A stretch of DNA of 64,000 bases, taken from Wickerhamiella versatilis (lineage: Eukaryota). Location of the stretch: contig JAQOWU010000007.1 of assembly GCA_030867685.1 (NCBI GenBank), forward strand, positions 248,001 through 312,000. Direction: 5' to 3'. Position numbers and translations under genes: made by a program. Below, piece after piece: positions 1-11,042 of this stretch. The notes under the pieces are model-generated. The model did no database searches. It saw only the letters and a list, made by a program, of their open reading frames with translations, and was not told where the DNA came from. Every line of letters starts with the position of its first letter. Positions within the stretch are counted from its first letter, which is position 1.

Positions 1-1059
1 TCTAATCTTTCGTGGATAGCTGAGAACCTGGTATCTGATGAAGATTGGCGCTCGGATGGGCTGTAAACACATTTATACCCATATTCTGCACAGCGCCCGC
101 AGGCTGGCTTGATTGCATCACAGCGAGTCTTTTTCTTTCTGCAGTTATCACATGCTAAAGAAACGCGATTGTGCCTGGATTTTTCTACACGGTACGACAT
201 TTCCCGTCAAGATACCAACCGAACCCATTAGTCATCATCGACTCGGTCCATAAGTGTCGAGCGTTCCCAGCTTTTCATCCGCGCAGAACATAATATCACA
301 TCATATTCTGTCCTAATTTCGTTTTATAACATTTGAAACAAGTTGGAGCATATAGTAATTCTTTTTTGGTCTTTTCTAGCATATCGGGGAAATGCTGTTG
401 TTACAAATGATAGAGACTGTTCAAACCGTCAAATATTGTACAAACCGCTAGAGCTTAGCACTTTTGATCTAAATTACTTCTAGAAAATGATCTAGCAAGT
501 TGTAGATCTCGATTTATGTAACTTGGTAAGGTACTTTGATTATTCTACCATCATTTTCAGGTCTTTCCAAGATACGCAGACGTGCCAGACGGAAACCAAG
601 CTATCATAGTAAGGTGAAACGACGAAAATTATTCTATAACATACTGTGATAAGATTGGATTATAATCGCTAAACCAGTTTGGGATGTATTAATTTTCGGA
701 TTACAAGGCTTGGCTAAACAGCGATTTGTCACCGCGAACTAGATATCATTACAACTGGAGATAGCCATAAGAGGTAAGGGGAATATCTATCTTAATTGAT
801 ACAAGTAGCACACATTGTTTTCTAGCTAGGTGCTACTTTGTACTACTGATTTTTATCAGTTTGACCATCATTCTGAACTGTTTCCTTCCTAGCGCCATTC
901 TAGCGATTGCCAAAGCACTTGGGATCACGTTTTTCGAACCCAAGCACGGTTGTATGTACGGCCTAGAAAATGACTCCTTATTTCGTTTCAGTCGCTGCAA
1001 GATAACTCAAAATTTGGGAGACAGGATGCTTCATATGTTTGGTACTCAAAGTACCCAGA

Positions 1060-1953
1060 CTAAGTTATGTGTTTTCCCCCCTTGTTGTCAGCAGCGAACC
1101 GGTCTAAAGTATCAATATCATGGCCGAAAACGACCGTCGCGTTGGTAAGCCTCTGAAGCATTCTTAGCCTGCACGATGACCTGTACCAATCCGCCATTCC
1201 AGTTAATAGCCATCCCTGCGGATGCCCAAGCTCGTAGTTTTCTTTGATATGCACATGATCCGACGTAAAAATTACTGTCCCTGCATCGCGCAGATTAATT
1301 TGTAGCCAGATCAGACCGGGTGCATGCCCTGGAGACAGATGCAAAGTAATACCAGGAAATATATCCAGCTCCTGATCGCTAAATGTCTCCCACTTCAGGC
1401 CCATATCAAGGTAGTAAGGCAAGTAACCAGAATCAGAGTCAGTACACGCGGCCCAAAAGGCATGCTTCAGCTCAATCTCATGCGCCCAAATTTTCACATC
1501 GTCGCGGCCCTTGAAGTATTGCAAACCGCCAGCATGATCAAGGTGGAGATGGCTTATGATCACATGCCTCACGTCTTTAATATTGTAACCGGCACTTTCG
1601 ATGGCCTTATCTAATGATTGCATGCGGTCTCGGTTTGTTGGAACGAAAACCTCACAAACATGGTCCCATGATTCCTCATACGTGTCATAAAGACCCGGAC
1701 CGGTATCCCACAAAATAAGCCCATCTGATGGGTGATCTATAAGCACAGCATACATCTGAAGAGTATGAACCGCGTACTTCGCAGGCACACCGCCAGATTT
1801 AGTCCAAACGTTGCCAGCGCTACGCACAAAACTCTCGTCAAGACGGAGGTAGCCTAGGTTCAACACATGTATGGACGTACCTTCAGGCGCAAGGTTGCTC
1901 TGAGTGAGGGATTGAATAGCCGCCTGAGGACCGAATGCGAACCTTTTTGACAT
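1060..1953 (-). CDS. Metallo-beta-lactamase-fold lactonase/lactamase (AiiA/AttM N-acyl-homoserine lactonase / Fusarium MBL1-like)
   Basis: HLHLDHAGG (HxHxDH) zinc motif, LILWDTG, PGHAPG, FTSD, VFGHD. Start set at MSKRFAFG (1953); the longer ORF extension runs through poly-G tracts and looks non-coding. Confidence 0.85.
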   Translation of the reverse strand: MSKRFAFGPQAAIQSLTQSNLAPEGTSIHVLNLGYLRLDESFVRSAGNVWTKSGGVPAKYAVHTLQMYAVLIDHPSDGLILWDTGPGLYDTYEESWDHVCEVFVPTNRDRMQSLDKAIESAGYNIKDVRHVIISHLHLDHAGGLQYFKGRDDVKIWAHEIELKHAFWAACTDSDSGYLPYYLDMGLKWETFSDQELDIFPGITLHLSPGHAPGLIWLQINLRDAGTVIFTSDHVHIKENYELGHPQGWLLTGMADWYRSSCRLRMLQRLTNATVVFGHDIDTLDRFAADNKGGKHIT

Positions 1954-2697
1954 AATGAACCTTGCAAGGTTAATCCGGATAACGTTACTAAAATATGCGG
2001 CTTCCCCGCAATTACGTAACGGGTCCGACTTAGCACTGTCCACCCCCCCCCCGGTCCACCCCCCCGCAAGAGGGCCCATAGCTTGAGTAAAATCAGAGAC
2101 TATTTGGAACCATCTGGCTTCTTCCATATATGAGGTGTAATTCTAGTGTGCTTGGTCGCTTATCCTCTAAACTGACTACATGTCGTGTATATATAGGGAG
2201 ATGCCTTCACCCCTCGATGACCGAGAATTGTTAGCATACGCCCCAAATATCTCTGAAAGCCATTACATTCTTCCAATGATGGGAGATTTCTAGCCTATAG
2301 TGCAATGCCTCTCCGAGCAAGTATATTTTATGATTTATAAACAAGATTCTGTTACGACGATACTTAAGCCGTGAGCGGCTTATGTTGATTAGATGACAAT
2401 GATATCTAGCAACTGTCGAAGAAGTCCGCATTATCCGTTGGGATATAAAGCGGCCACGTTATGGACCACTCATATGCTGATCCATCTAGATCTTGTTGCC
2501 ACCGTTCTCCGCCCGTCCAGCATTTGTTAAGTATCTATCTTATGAGGTCGTAAAGAGAACTATACAATTGATAGAAGCTAGATCCAAAGAATATATAATC
2601 TAAAAGGACATTATGCCACTAGAGGATCAGGAGGATTGTAGTTTTTTGGAGGATATACGAGAGTATTTTATATAATCAGACAGTCCTTCTTCACTCA

Positions 2698-3840
2698 ATG
2701 ATTGAGAAGTTCTCTATCAGCGTCGATGACGACCAAGTTATGGATCTCCATAGGAGACTCTCTGATACGAGATGGATAAATACCATTGACAATGTCGGTT
2801 GGGGTGATGGCACACCCACTGCCGAATTGCGAGAGATTGTGGACTATTGGAAATCTCACTATAACTGGCGAGAGCAAGAATCTAAACTCAACTCCTGGCC
2901 CCAGTATAAGTATGTATTTGAGGATGGTCAATACATTCACTTCATATGGAAAAAAGGTACAGGATCATCGTCTAGACCCTTGCTACTTTCTCACGGCTGG
3001 CCTGGCTCTATTGTGGAGTTCTTGGGGATACTACCGCTTTTAACTGATCCCGAAAAACATGGCGGATCGGCAGAAGACTCATTCGACGTTGTAGTTCCTT
3101 CTCTTCCTGGTTATGCATTTTCATCGCAGCCTCGTGAGCCTGGTACCAATCCATTTACAATTGCCAAACTATTTGCTGATTTGATGGGGGAATTAGGCTA
3201 CTCAAAATTTTTCGCTCAAGGTGGAGACTGGGGTGGATTTGTTGTAAGTGCACTAGCTTTACAATTTCCTGAGCGTGTGCAAGCAATTCACTTGAATTAT
3301 GTACCTGCTACGTACTTACCTCATGCAGAGAATACAACTAATTCCTCGGAGGAAGCTTCATTTAAGAATTTAAAGGACGATTGGCTGAATAGGGAAGGTG
3401 GCTATAGTCACATACAAGGCACAAAGCCGTCGACCCTCGCTATTGGATTGAACGACTCTCCTGCAGGCTTGGCTGCGTGGATCTATGAAAAGTTCCATAC
3501 TTGGAGTGACAGGAATAGCACATCTACAAGTATGAACCTTGATGATATACTCACGAATATTTCTATCTATTGGTTCACTGGAACTATATATTCTTCGATT
3601 AGATTGTACTGGGAAGCACGTGCTGTATTTGCAAGACCAGAATCTTTTAAATTCATTACGACACCTACTGGTGTTTCCGTGTTTCCTGGAGAGATACCTC
3701 TACCCCGCCGAAGCTGGATCGGGAAAGGCTATAACTTAGTATACTGGAATGAGCTTCCAGAGGGTGGCCACTTCGCAGCAATGGAGCAACCAGTGTTACT
3801 AGCTCGTGAGCTTTGGTCTTTTTTCGCAAGTCAGTTTTGA
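2698..3840 (+). CDS. Epoxide hydrolase (EHN N-terminal domain + alpha/beta hydrolase), bacterial-like
   Basis: HGWPGS oxyanion motif, QGGDWG nucleophile, VPSLPGY, GLNDSPAGLAAWIYEKF, GGHFAAMEQP catalytic His. Confidence 0.92.
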   Translation: MIEKFSISVDDDQVMDLHRRLSDTRWINTIDNVGWGDGTPTAELREIVDYWKSHYNWREQESKLNSWPQYKYVFEDGQYIHFIWKKGTGSSSRPLLLSHGWPGSIVEFLGILPLLTDPEKHGGSAEDSFDVVVPSLPGYAFSSQPREPGTNPFTIAKLFADLMGELGYSKFFAQGGDWGGFVVSALALQFPERVQAIHLNYVPATYLPHAENTTNSSEEASFKNLKDDWLNREGGYSHIQGTKPSTLAIGLNDSPAGLAAWIYEKFHTWSDRNSTSTSMNLDDILTNISIYWFTGTIYSSIRLYWEARAVFARPESFKFITTPTGVSVFPGEIPLPRRSWIGKGYNLVYWNELPEGGHFAAMEQPVLLARELWSFFASQF

Positions 3841-4420
3841 ACATTCTCTGTGGTTTTTATGGTTGGAACCCATAGCTATCTTTTTCACTCGGGCACTGTA
3901 GCTGGTGCGAGGGGGTAAAGTAATGAATGAAATGCCTATATTTAGTTCTTATTTGGAAAGTTCTATATTTCATACCATATGACCTATATGTCTCTTTCAG
4001 TTCGGTTAGCATTTAAGCGTATAGTGTCAATTACCATATGTTCCACTAAGCGGTTGTGAGTTCCCACTTTTCATCACAAGATTTTATTTAGTCACTGCGG
4101 CTAACACTCGGATAGTTTTTAATCTCTTTCTGCAGAAAAAAAAAGTATAAAGTATTTTTTTTTGTTTTTGGAAGTTTGAGGGAAATCATGATACAAACTA
4201 ACTATGACGACAAATTTGCTGGCATAAAATCAGCATGTCTTGAGAATTTTTGTTAAGCGATACTAGAGCTATGCATAAAATAAAAGTAAATTTGGTTCTA
4301 AACCGGATAAATTTAAATACGACTTTGTTAAGCGATCTCAAGTAAGGGTACAAAATGTGGTCACTTGTCTTCTTCCATATAACTAGTTTAAACTTCATTT
4401 GTGGGAGTTAAAGATTGGTG

Positions 4421-5527
4421 CTAAGATACAGGAACCACAGAAAAGGGGTTCGTGTCAATAGATGATATTGAAGTCATTTCATGCGGATGGGGTAATTTTT
4501 GATCAACACCCACTAGCATAGGGTCATGCTGACTGTAGGTAGGTAAGAATTCATCTTGAACATTAATTTTAGCTTCAATTTCAAGATCCTTTTTGCATCT
4601 CATAGAATGCGGGAAGGAAATTCTAGCCCTGACTACTAGAAAATACTCAACATCACTTTTTCGCCTCTCGAAGTTTGCAGCCAGAGAGTCTGGAAGGTTA
4701 ACGTTAACGTCATTCAGTTCAGTTACATTATCATGAGACTGCATCCCAATTAAAGGACCTTTGTGAATTTGATGGACTCGTGTGAAATGATTTTCATTTT
4801 GGTTCAGATCTACACTCCAGCACTCGTTGACCTTGATCTCAATCCAATCAAGATTAACCATTTCTGGGTGTGTGCAGAGAAGCGACATTTTGACATAATT
4901 CACCTTTTGCCCTAAGTAAAAAATTTCAGGGACATGAGTGGATAGATCAAGCTGCACTGGTTGTTTTTGAGGTCCGCGAATCAGGCCACATAGGCTCCTA
5001 GGGCGATAGTTTGGCGGACGTGTAGAATAGGACTTTTTGTCATTGTGTACTTGAAATACTGTCGGAGGCACTATTCCCACCGATTGAAGCTTTTCGAGAA
5101 TGATTGGTTTGAAAATGCGAATGTTCCTTTTGCTTTTGGGCCGACGGATTACCAATTTAATATACCACCTCACCCATTCATCGCTTGTTTTCTCGGAGCT
5201 GCCAAGCCACGCATCCCGATATTTCGGAATCACCAAGCTGAATGGAAAGCAATATACTCCCGGCTGCAAAATGTGAGTTTGTTTGTCTTCGCTATCACCA
5301 ATAATACGGGCCGTTTCTGTCACAACCTTTCGTTTTACGGGGAGGTTGGAAATCGCAGAGTAGGAAGCAGTAACAGATAGCATAAAATTTTCACGGCAGC
5401 ATAATTTCAAATCGAGTGCTTTGAATTGGACATCTTTTGAGAGTGAAAGTCTTACCACTCCACTTATTGTGTCCCCATTAGTATATAGAAGCCTTTCGGT
5501 TTCAATATCTATGCCATAGCTGTTCAT
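4421..5527 (-). CDS. Alpha-arrestin (ART-like ubiquitin-ligase adaptor)
   Basis: YTNGDTISGVVRL and LQPGVYCFPFSLVIP arrestin-N patterns, VEYFLVV in the C domain, C-terminal LPTY (PY) motif. Confidence 0.8.
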   Translation of the reverse strand: MNSYGIDIETERLLYTNGDTISGVVRLSLSKDVQFKALDLKLCCRENFMLSVTASYSAISNLPVKRKVVTETARIIGDSEDKQTHILQPGVYCFPFSLVIPKYRDAWLGSSEKTSDEWVRWYIKLVIRRPKSKRNIRIFKPIILEKLQSVGIVPPTVFQVHNDKKSYSTRPPNYRPRSLCGLIRGPQKQPVQLDLSTHVPEIFYLGQKVNYVKMSLLCTHPEMVNLDWIEIKVNECWSVDLNQNENHFTRVHQIHKGPLIGMQSHDNVTELNDVNVNLPDSLAANFERRKSDVEYFLVVRARISFPHSMRCKKDLEIEAKINVQDEFLPTYSQHDPMLVGVDQKLPHPHEMTSISSIDTNPFSVVPVS

Positions 5528-7064
5528 TGAGAACTAGAGGCTGCCGAGGACCAAAAAAGCCTTTATAGTGTTGCTTAAATCTATATCGCGGGCTGAGTCC
5601 AATTACCCTAACCCATTACTAGATATAAGACCGGGGTAAAATTGATAAGATGTCATATCCTTTTGCCATTAGCTGAAAAAAAAAGCAGATAATCATGATA
5701 TTTAACAATCAATAAGCAAGATATATAATACTAGTCATTGCAATCTGGTCCGGCAAAAATTGCATTGAGCTTTTTGAACATTGAACATTGATCGTCGATC
5801 TCGGACCCCGGCATCCCCTTTGTCTTGATGCCGATCAAAATAGGTATCAAAATAGGTAGTATACTAACCAGCTAACTAAAATTTAGGTGTGAGAATAGAA
5901 GAATGGCAAAAGCGTACAAAAAAGGTGACCAAAATATATCAGGTAGCCAGACGGTAACAAACCATCTTGTAAAATATCTAGAGCTCATGGTTTTAAACTG
6001 GATAAATTTACCAAGCCACTCAGCCCACATAACTATATTATATTATAGACTCCATTGGATTCATGACAAGAAAAACTCCTTTCTCTGATGTATTTGATGG
6101 ACTTATGTTAGGTCATTTAAATATGACTTACTATCTAGATCACCCATGCACGTGGCCACGCAGCGGGGAGAACACCTATTTATGATCATTTACTGGTATT
6201 CTACTTAACTTATGTTGTACTGTTGTACATAGTGCCTCCATCATCCGATATCCTCATTTTGGGATCGATAAGGATGAACGAAATCCTGAAGGTCAACATC
6301 GAGGGGCGAACGAAAATCCTGAAGGTCATCAAGAGGTGCTAAAGAATTTCAAATCTCCTGTCTAGATGAAATATAAACGATTACTTCACGAAATATATAA
6401 AGTAAGTGAAGATAACAGATGAACAGTGGAGGAGCTTATGTAAGTAACATAGCTCAAGCGTAGTGAGGTTACTGCAGATCTACGTATAGATAGTGCATGT
6501 ATTTATGATAGAGCTTGTTTAGCGAATTGACCGATACCAATCACATCATTTGGACCAAATACGACATATAAAATATATAGGCCTAAAATCAAACCCTCCC
6601 CGTTCAGCGGTGTTCAGTATGTATGTGACCAAAAGTCACTATAACGATTTATAACTCATGGTATAATCTTGATGAGCCACCCTATTGATGGAGGCGTCAA
6701 AGTTCTTAAAAAGGAATGTCAAAAATACTAAGGCTGTTCTTAAAAAAAAACCGATGACCGAAAACTACTAGAAACAAGAGCCTAGAATTCATTACTTTCA
6801 AAATTTGCAACCGTAACAGTCGTGGCAAGTAGTGCTTAGGCTAAGGCTAAACCAAGACCAGTTAGTTAGTGTGTGTGTAGTCATAATCAACGGTCGTTTA
6901 AGCGATTACTGATTATGGGGATCCATTCTAAGTAAGAGGTAAAGAATTTACATAAACTTGTGCAGTTGCATATCTGGTGGTAGCCCCCTGAGAGCATAGG
7001 GTTAAGTGAGGCTGTGTAGCAATATGGCTAGTATAAATGGTGCGAAGCATTCTCAGATCTCTTC

Positions 7065-7418
7065 ATGAGACTCTCTTATCTTTGCTTTACTGGTTTTGCT
7101 TGCACCGCACCCCTATTCCAATCTACAGCATATTTCTCTCCATCACCTGAACTCTCCCGTCAAAATGCCACAGCAGTTCCAGCTCCCAGTTCAGTAAAAC
7201 CAGATGTTTCGGCAATAGGTCATGTACGTCAATCTCAAGCCAGAGCCATTCCTTCCCAGCCAATTGTCTCAGGGGGACTAGGCAAGCGTGGAAACAGACT
7301 TTCATCACCGAAACCTTCAGCACATGGTGAGATTCCATCAGTACAACCATCGGCTATTGTCTCACGCAACATAACTACAAAAGCGCCATTGCCTCCGTCT
7401 GGTAGCCCCCGACTCTGA
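7065..7418 (+). CDS. Small secreted Ser/Pro-rich protein, unknown function
   Basis: Signal-peptide-like start MRLSYLCFTGFACTA-PL, KR dibasic site, N-glycosylation sequons NAT and NIT, TATAAA about 30 bp upstream. Confidence 0.55.
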   Translation: MRLSYLCFTGFACTAPLFQSTAYFSPSPELSRQNATAVPAPSSVKPDVSAIGHVRQSQARAIPSQPIVSGGLGKRGNRLSSPKPSAHGEIPSVQPSAIVSRNITTKAPLPPSGSPRL

Positions 7419-7641
7419 TCCATTGATGTCGTAAGTATATAGATATAGCATTTAGATTTCTAAGAGTATATAGATAAATTGAACAGGATATTAAACAAAG
7501 GCACATACAATGTGCACCGGAAATCCATTGTAATTATATATCACTCAAACCGTAAATTCTCAGTAGCATTCGTAGCTGGGTGATGTGTATGATACAGGGA
7601 CGCTGTATATACGTCTGCAATGAATTAGTTTACGAGGCTAG

Positions 7642-8133
7642 CTAGATAGAAACAGATCCTTCTTTTTCCTCAGCCATTTGTGGCTTTTCCATCGTTTTTT
7701 CTGCCCGTGCCTTGGCACGGTTAGCCCACCATCTTACCACACGACTGCCAAATAGACTGGAAGCTATGACGGAAATCAAGATAGCTCCAAATGATACTTC
7801 AAAAGCGGCCTTTGACCAACCGAGAAGCATAGACTCGTAACCTAAAAGATAGAGCAATTGACCGGGCCAGATGAACCATTTATTATAGCGCCGTACTACG
7901 GGATCGGTTTCCTGCACATCGACGTAATTATACCACTCTTTTTCCCAGCCTTCGCCACATAAAACTGACATTCTCTGGCGCACGCGCCTACCGACCAAGA
8001 CAATTGAGACAAGGCCTATCAACAAGAGCAAACCAGAGAATACAAAAGGCCCATACTTCCCAAGGTATTTTAGCGCTTCTTGAGTCGCTGGAGACGAAGG
8101 GGCTACGAATTCAACCCCGCCACCAAAGTCCAT
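7642..8133 (-). CDS. Hypothetical membrane protein (2-3 TM)
   Basis: ORF from first ATG (MDFGGG) with hydrophobic segments FVFSGLLLLIGLVSIVLV and VSFGAILISVIASSLFG and a charged C-tail. Confidence 0.6.
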   Translation of the reverse strand: MDFGGGVEFVAPSSPATQEALKYLGKYGPFVFSGLLLLIGLVSIVLVGRRVRQRMSVLCGEGWEKEWYNYVDVQETDPVVRRYNKWFIWPGQLLYLLGYESMLLGWSKAAFEVSFGAILISVIASSLFGSRVVRWWANRAKARAEKTMEKPQMAEEKEGSVSI

Positions 8134-8503
8134 CGTAATCAATATACAATGACTAAAATGGGACACACAGATAATTTCTTCACGCGTGAATCATCCCACC
8201 CTATCACAATGACTTATACGTGATTAGACTATCTTGTGACCGCAGTGCGGTGATGCTCGTACTTGTAAACGACTACTATATATAGCGTGCTCGCGATGCA
8301 GGATAGGATTTTTAAACGTTCAGCTTGGAAATGATGCAGTCGAAACTACTTAGACTATTCTATTTTATCTGTTTATAATTTGGAGCTTTTTTTTACAGTC
8401 ACATGCTAATCTCTAATCCAATAGCAAGATATTACGTGTAAGTGCGCCATTTTGAACAGCCCCTAATATGACTTAGTAAGCTACATGGATTAGGGAGGCG
8501 TGG

Positions 8504-10066
8504 ATGTATTTCTTTCGACGGAAAAGCTGCAAAGTTTTGCCGCCTATTATCGTTATTTTGGCATGTTTAATACTTTTTTACTACAGTTATACTTCGGGAT
8601 TGCCTTTCTTGGAAGTCAACCAGTCAGAACCACGGGAGCCAGTCAAAATAAATACTGATGGCGCGTCTCGAAGGGACCTTATTCACGCTATACAGAAAAT
8701 GACTGCGCTCTCGAGTAAGACGCAGGAACTTTCAGATTATATTCGCGGTATAGAGCCGGATATAAAGGGATTTGAAAATGATACTGATTTAAGAGCAACT
8801 AGCAAGCAGTTGGAAGATTATCTTCAGGTTAGTGACGAACAGATTTTAGATCTGAAGCAATTGCATGAAAGGGTCTTGGAACACATGCCATCAAGATTAC
8901 GGGAGGGTGAGTATACAGGAAAGGGTATCGTCATGAGTGCGGACGGTAGCTACTTTCCGACTGCGCTGGCTAATGTTGCCTGGATTCGCAACAGAAACTA
9001 CACATTACCTATAGAGATTTACATTCCATACCGCAGATCATGGGAAGCTGCCTGTAATGATTTTTTACCCTCCCTAAATGTAAGGTGCAAGTGTCTTGAA
9101 GAACTTTATGGGGAGAGTTTGCTGAACTCTTTCAAAGTCCCCCAAGGCAAAGAGGGCTATTTATATAAGGGCCTCTCCATATTGATGTCAGACTTTGATG
9201 AGATATATTGGATGGATCCGGACTCATTGCCACTCATTGACGTGGAAGAGGGTCTCAATGAACCCCTTTTCCAGGATATTGGTTACATTTTTACGTCCGA
9301 CTATTGGCCAAGGCTAACGTCACCTTATTTTTATGATATAACCAATGTAACCCTAGGGCCGGATGATTTCGGGACCGGCAAGAAGCTGCTGCAAGTTGAT
9401 CGAGAGAATGCTATATCAGGCTTGTCTACTGAGAGTGGCCAATTCTTTGTTAAAAAGTCACAGCATTTCAAATCTCTGGTCCTTTCCGTTTATTATAATC
9501 TCAGAGGTAGTATCTGGTGGCCGCTCCTGACCCAGGGAGGGCCGGGCGAGGGTGACAAGGAGGTATGGCCCGCTGCCGCGCAGGTTCTCGGCGAGCCATG
9601 GTATCAAACACACACACAGCCTCTTACGGCAGGATACCGCCAGAATGGTGATAAGGACGAGTTTCATGGCATGTGTATGATACAGCCTGAGTTCTCAGTA
9701 GATCATAGGACCTATGATCTTGGTCGTACTAAAACCCCACCAAAGTACATGGCTCTTCATTTTAACATGTTGAAACTCAATGTGCAACGCGTCTTACGAG
9801 ATAATGGAGGGAAAATTCCACCATTTCGATATCTGGGGAATGTGACCGAATTCCAGAAGTCTTCTCGTATAAATAGTGATATCGAACTTGAAATGTGGAC
9901 TGCTGTACGTGATTCGACCTGTAAATGGGCTGTTGAAAAAAAGTTGGTACCTAATGATTGGGAATCGCTAGATTCTGCAAGGCATTATTGTGAGATACTT
10001 GAAGAAAGGATTCAATTTTTGGCTAAGTACCCTGAAGTGCCTATATTATTGAGTGCCCAACAATAA
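8504..10066 (+). CDS. Alpha-1,2-mannosyltransferase, GT71 (MNN2/MNN5 family)
   Basis: Type II N-terminal TM, GKGIVM, TLPIEI, DPD (DxD), DYWPRLTSPYFYDI, STESGQ, QGGPGEGDKE. Confidence 0.92.
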   Translation: MYFFRRKSCKVLPPIIVILACLILFYYSYTSGLPFLEVNQSEPREPVKINTDGASRRDLIHAIQKMTALSSKTQELSDYIRGIEPDIKGFENDTDLRATSKQLEDYLQVSDEQILDLKQLHERVLEHMPSRLREGEYTGKGIVMSADGSYFPTALANVAWIRNRNYTLPIEIYIPYRRSWEAACNDFLPSLNVRCKCLEELYGESLLNSFKVPQGKEGYLYKGLSILMSDFDEIYWMDPDSLPLIDVEEGLNEPLFQDIGYIFTSDYWPRLTSPYFYDITNVTLGPDDFGTGKKLLQVDRENAISGLSTESGQFFVKKSQHFKSLVLSVYYNLRGSIWWPLLTQGGPGEGDKEVWPAAAQVLGEPWYQTHTQPLTAGYRQNGDKDEFHGMCMIQPEFSVDHRTYDLGRTKTPPKYMALHFNMLKLNVQRVLRDNGGKIPPFRYLGNVTEFQKSSRINSDIELEMWTAVRDSTCKWAVEKKLVPNDWESLDSARHYCEILEERIQFLAKYPEVPILLSAQQ

Positions 10067-11042
10067 AATTTTGAGATGGTCAATGTAATTTCTTAATTTA
10101 TGGTCGATTGAAAGATTTTGTGTTAGTGCGTGAACAAATAGATGCTGACTAGAGGCAAAATGCACCTCAAGCATTGCTAATCATGATGAAATACATCAGA
10201 ATGATAAATTTAGTCTACAGGTTAGTCTACAAGAGGACTCAAATGTCTTTGCTAAGGCTTTAATTCATGGATAGTACTCGCAATAGATGTACCAAGGACA
10301 TTGATGATGTGGAAAGCTACCGACCGATTCAGAGTGTGAGCGCTTAATTGCTATAGGAGATAATTTATTAGTGAGATGTTCACGATATTAATACTGCCTG
10401 AAAAATTTCTCTGTTGCAAAACAATTTCAAGGTCATAAAAATTGCAAGCCTTCTGTTTTTGATCATCGAAATATCAAGCCCCGGTATATGAGTAAATTCT
10501 GGGGTTATGATGAGTCTTTAATTCAGATCAGTGAAAGGGACGAGCATGCCACCTGACAAAAGAAGCACAGATAACGGATGACAAATGATTAGGGAGCATA
10601 AAATTGAAGGGGTTCAGAATACAGGTGTATGCTCAAGTTTTTAAATCCTACCAGTGGGCTATCTTGGATTTTCCAGCTCGTCTCAAGCAGTGAAGTAGGC
10701 TACTACATTAATTAGACTCACCAGTATATAGCCTTAAGCTAAATGTAAATTGATAGCCCTTGGTTATGTAACTTGTGTCAGTTAATGATTGATGCGGTGA
10801 GACATCCTAATTCTCGTTAAGCCAATGACAGAACATCCAGCCGTCGAAATTCGAATGGGTGATAAGTGTTTCAATTATAACGAACATATTACTTCTAATG
10901 TGGTTTATCCATCACATATAAGTGTGGGTTCCGAACACCAGGATACGGCAGAACTTTGCAACACGGAGTCTGAGCTGGCCAAAGCTTTCAAGAATATCCG
11001 ACGTGAAAAGTTTCAATTATGACGAAGCTAAAACGCTACTAG

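Noticed and set aside
1954-2127. N-terminal extension of the lactonase in the ORF track (similar extensions at 22648-22743, 30633-30677, 44853-44882, 47723-47836, 50088-50144)
   Set aside because: These run through promoter-like sequence (TATA, poly-G) or start at non-ATG codons; downstream ATGs fit family starts better.
10267-10347. Short frame ...KDIDDVESYRPIQSV resembling the YRPI motif of LINE reverse transcriptases
   Set aside because: Only 26 codons, with no further RT motifs (QxGF, YADD) recognisable nearby; probably chance.
10825-11022. 65-aa ORF convergent with the amidase
   Set aside because: No recognisable motif or targeting signal; cannot be supported as a gene.
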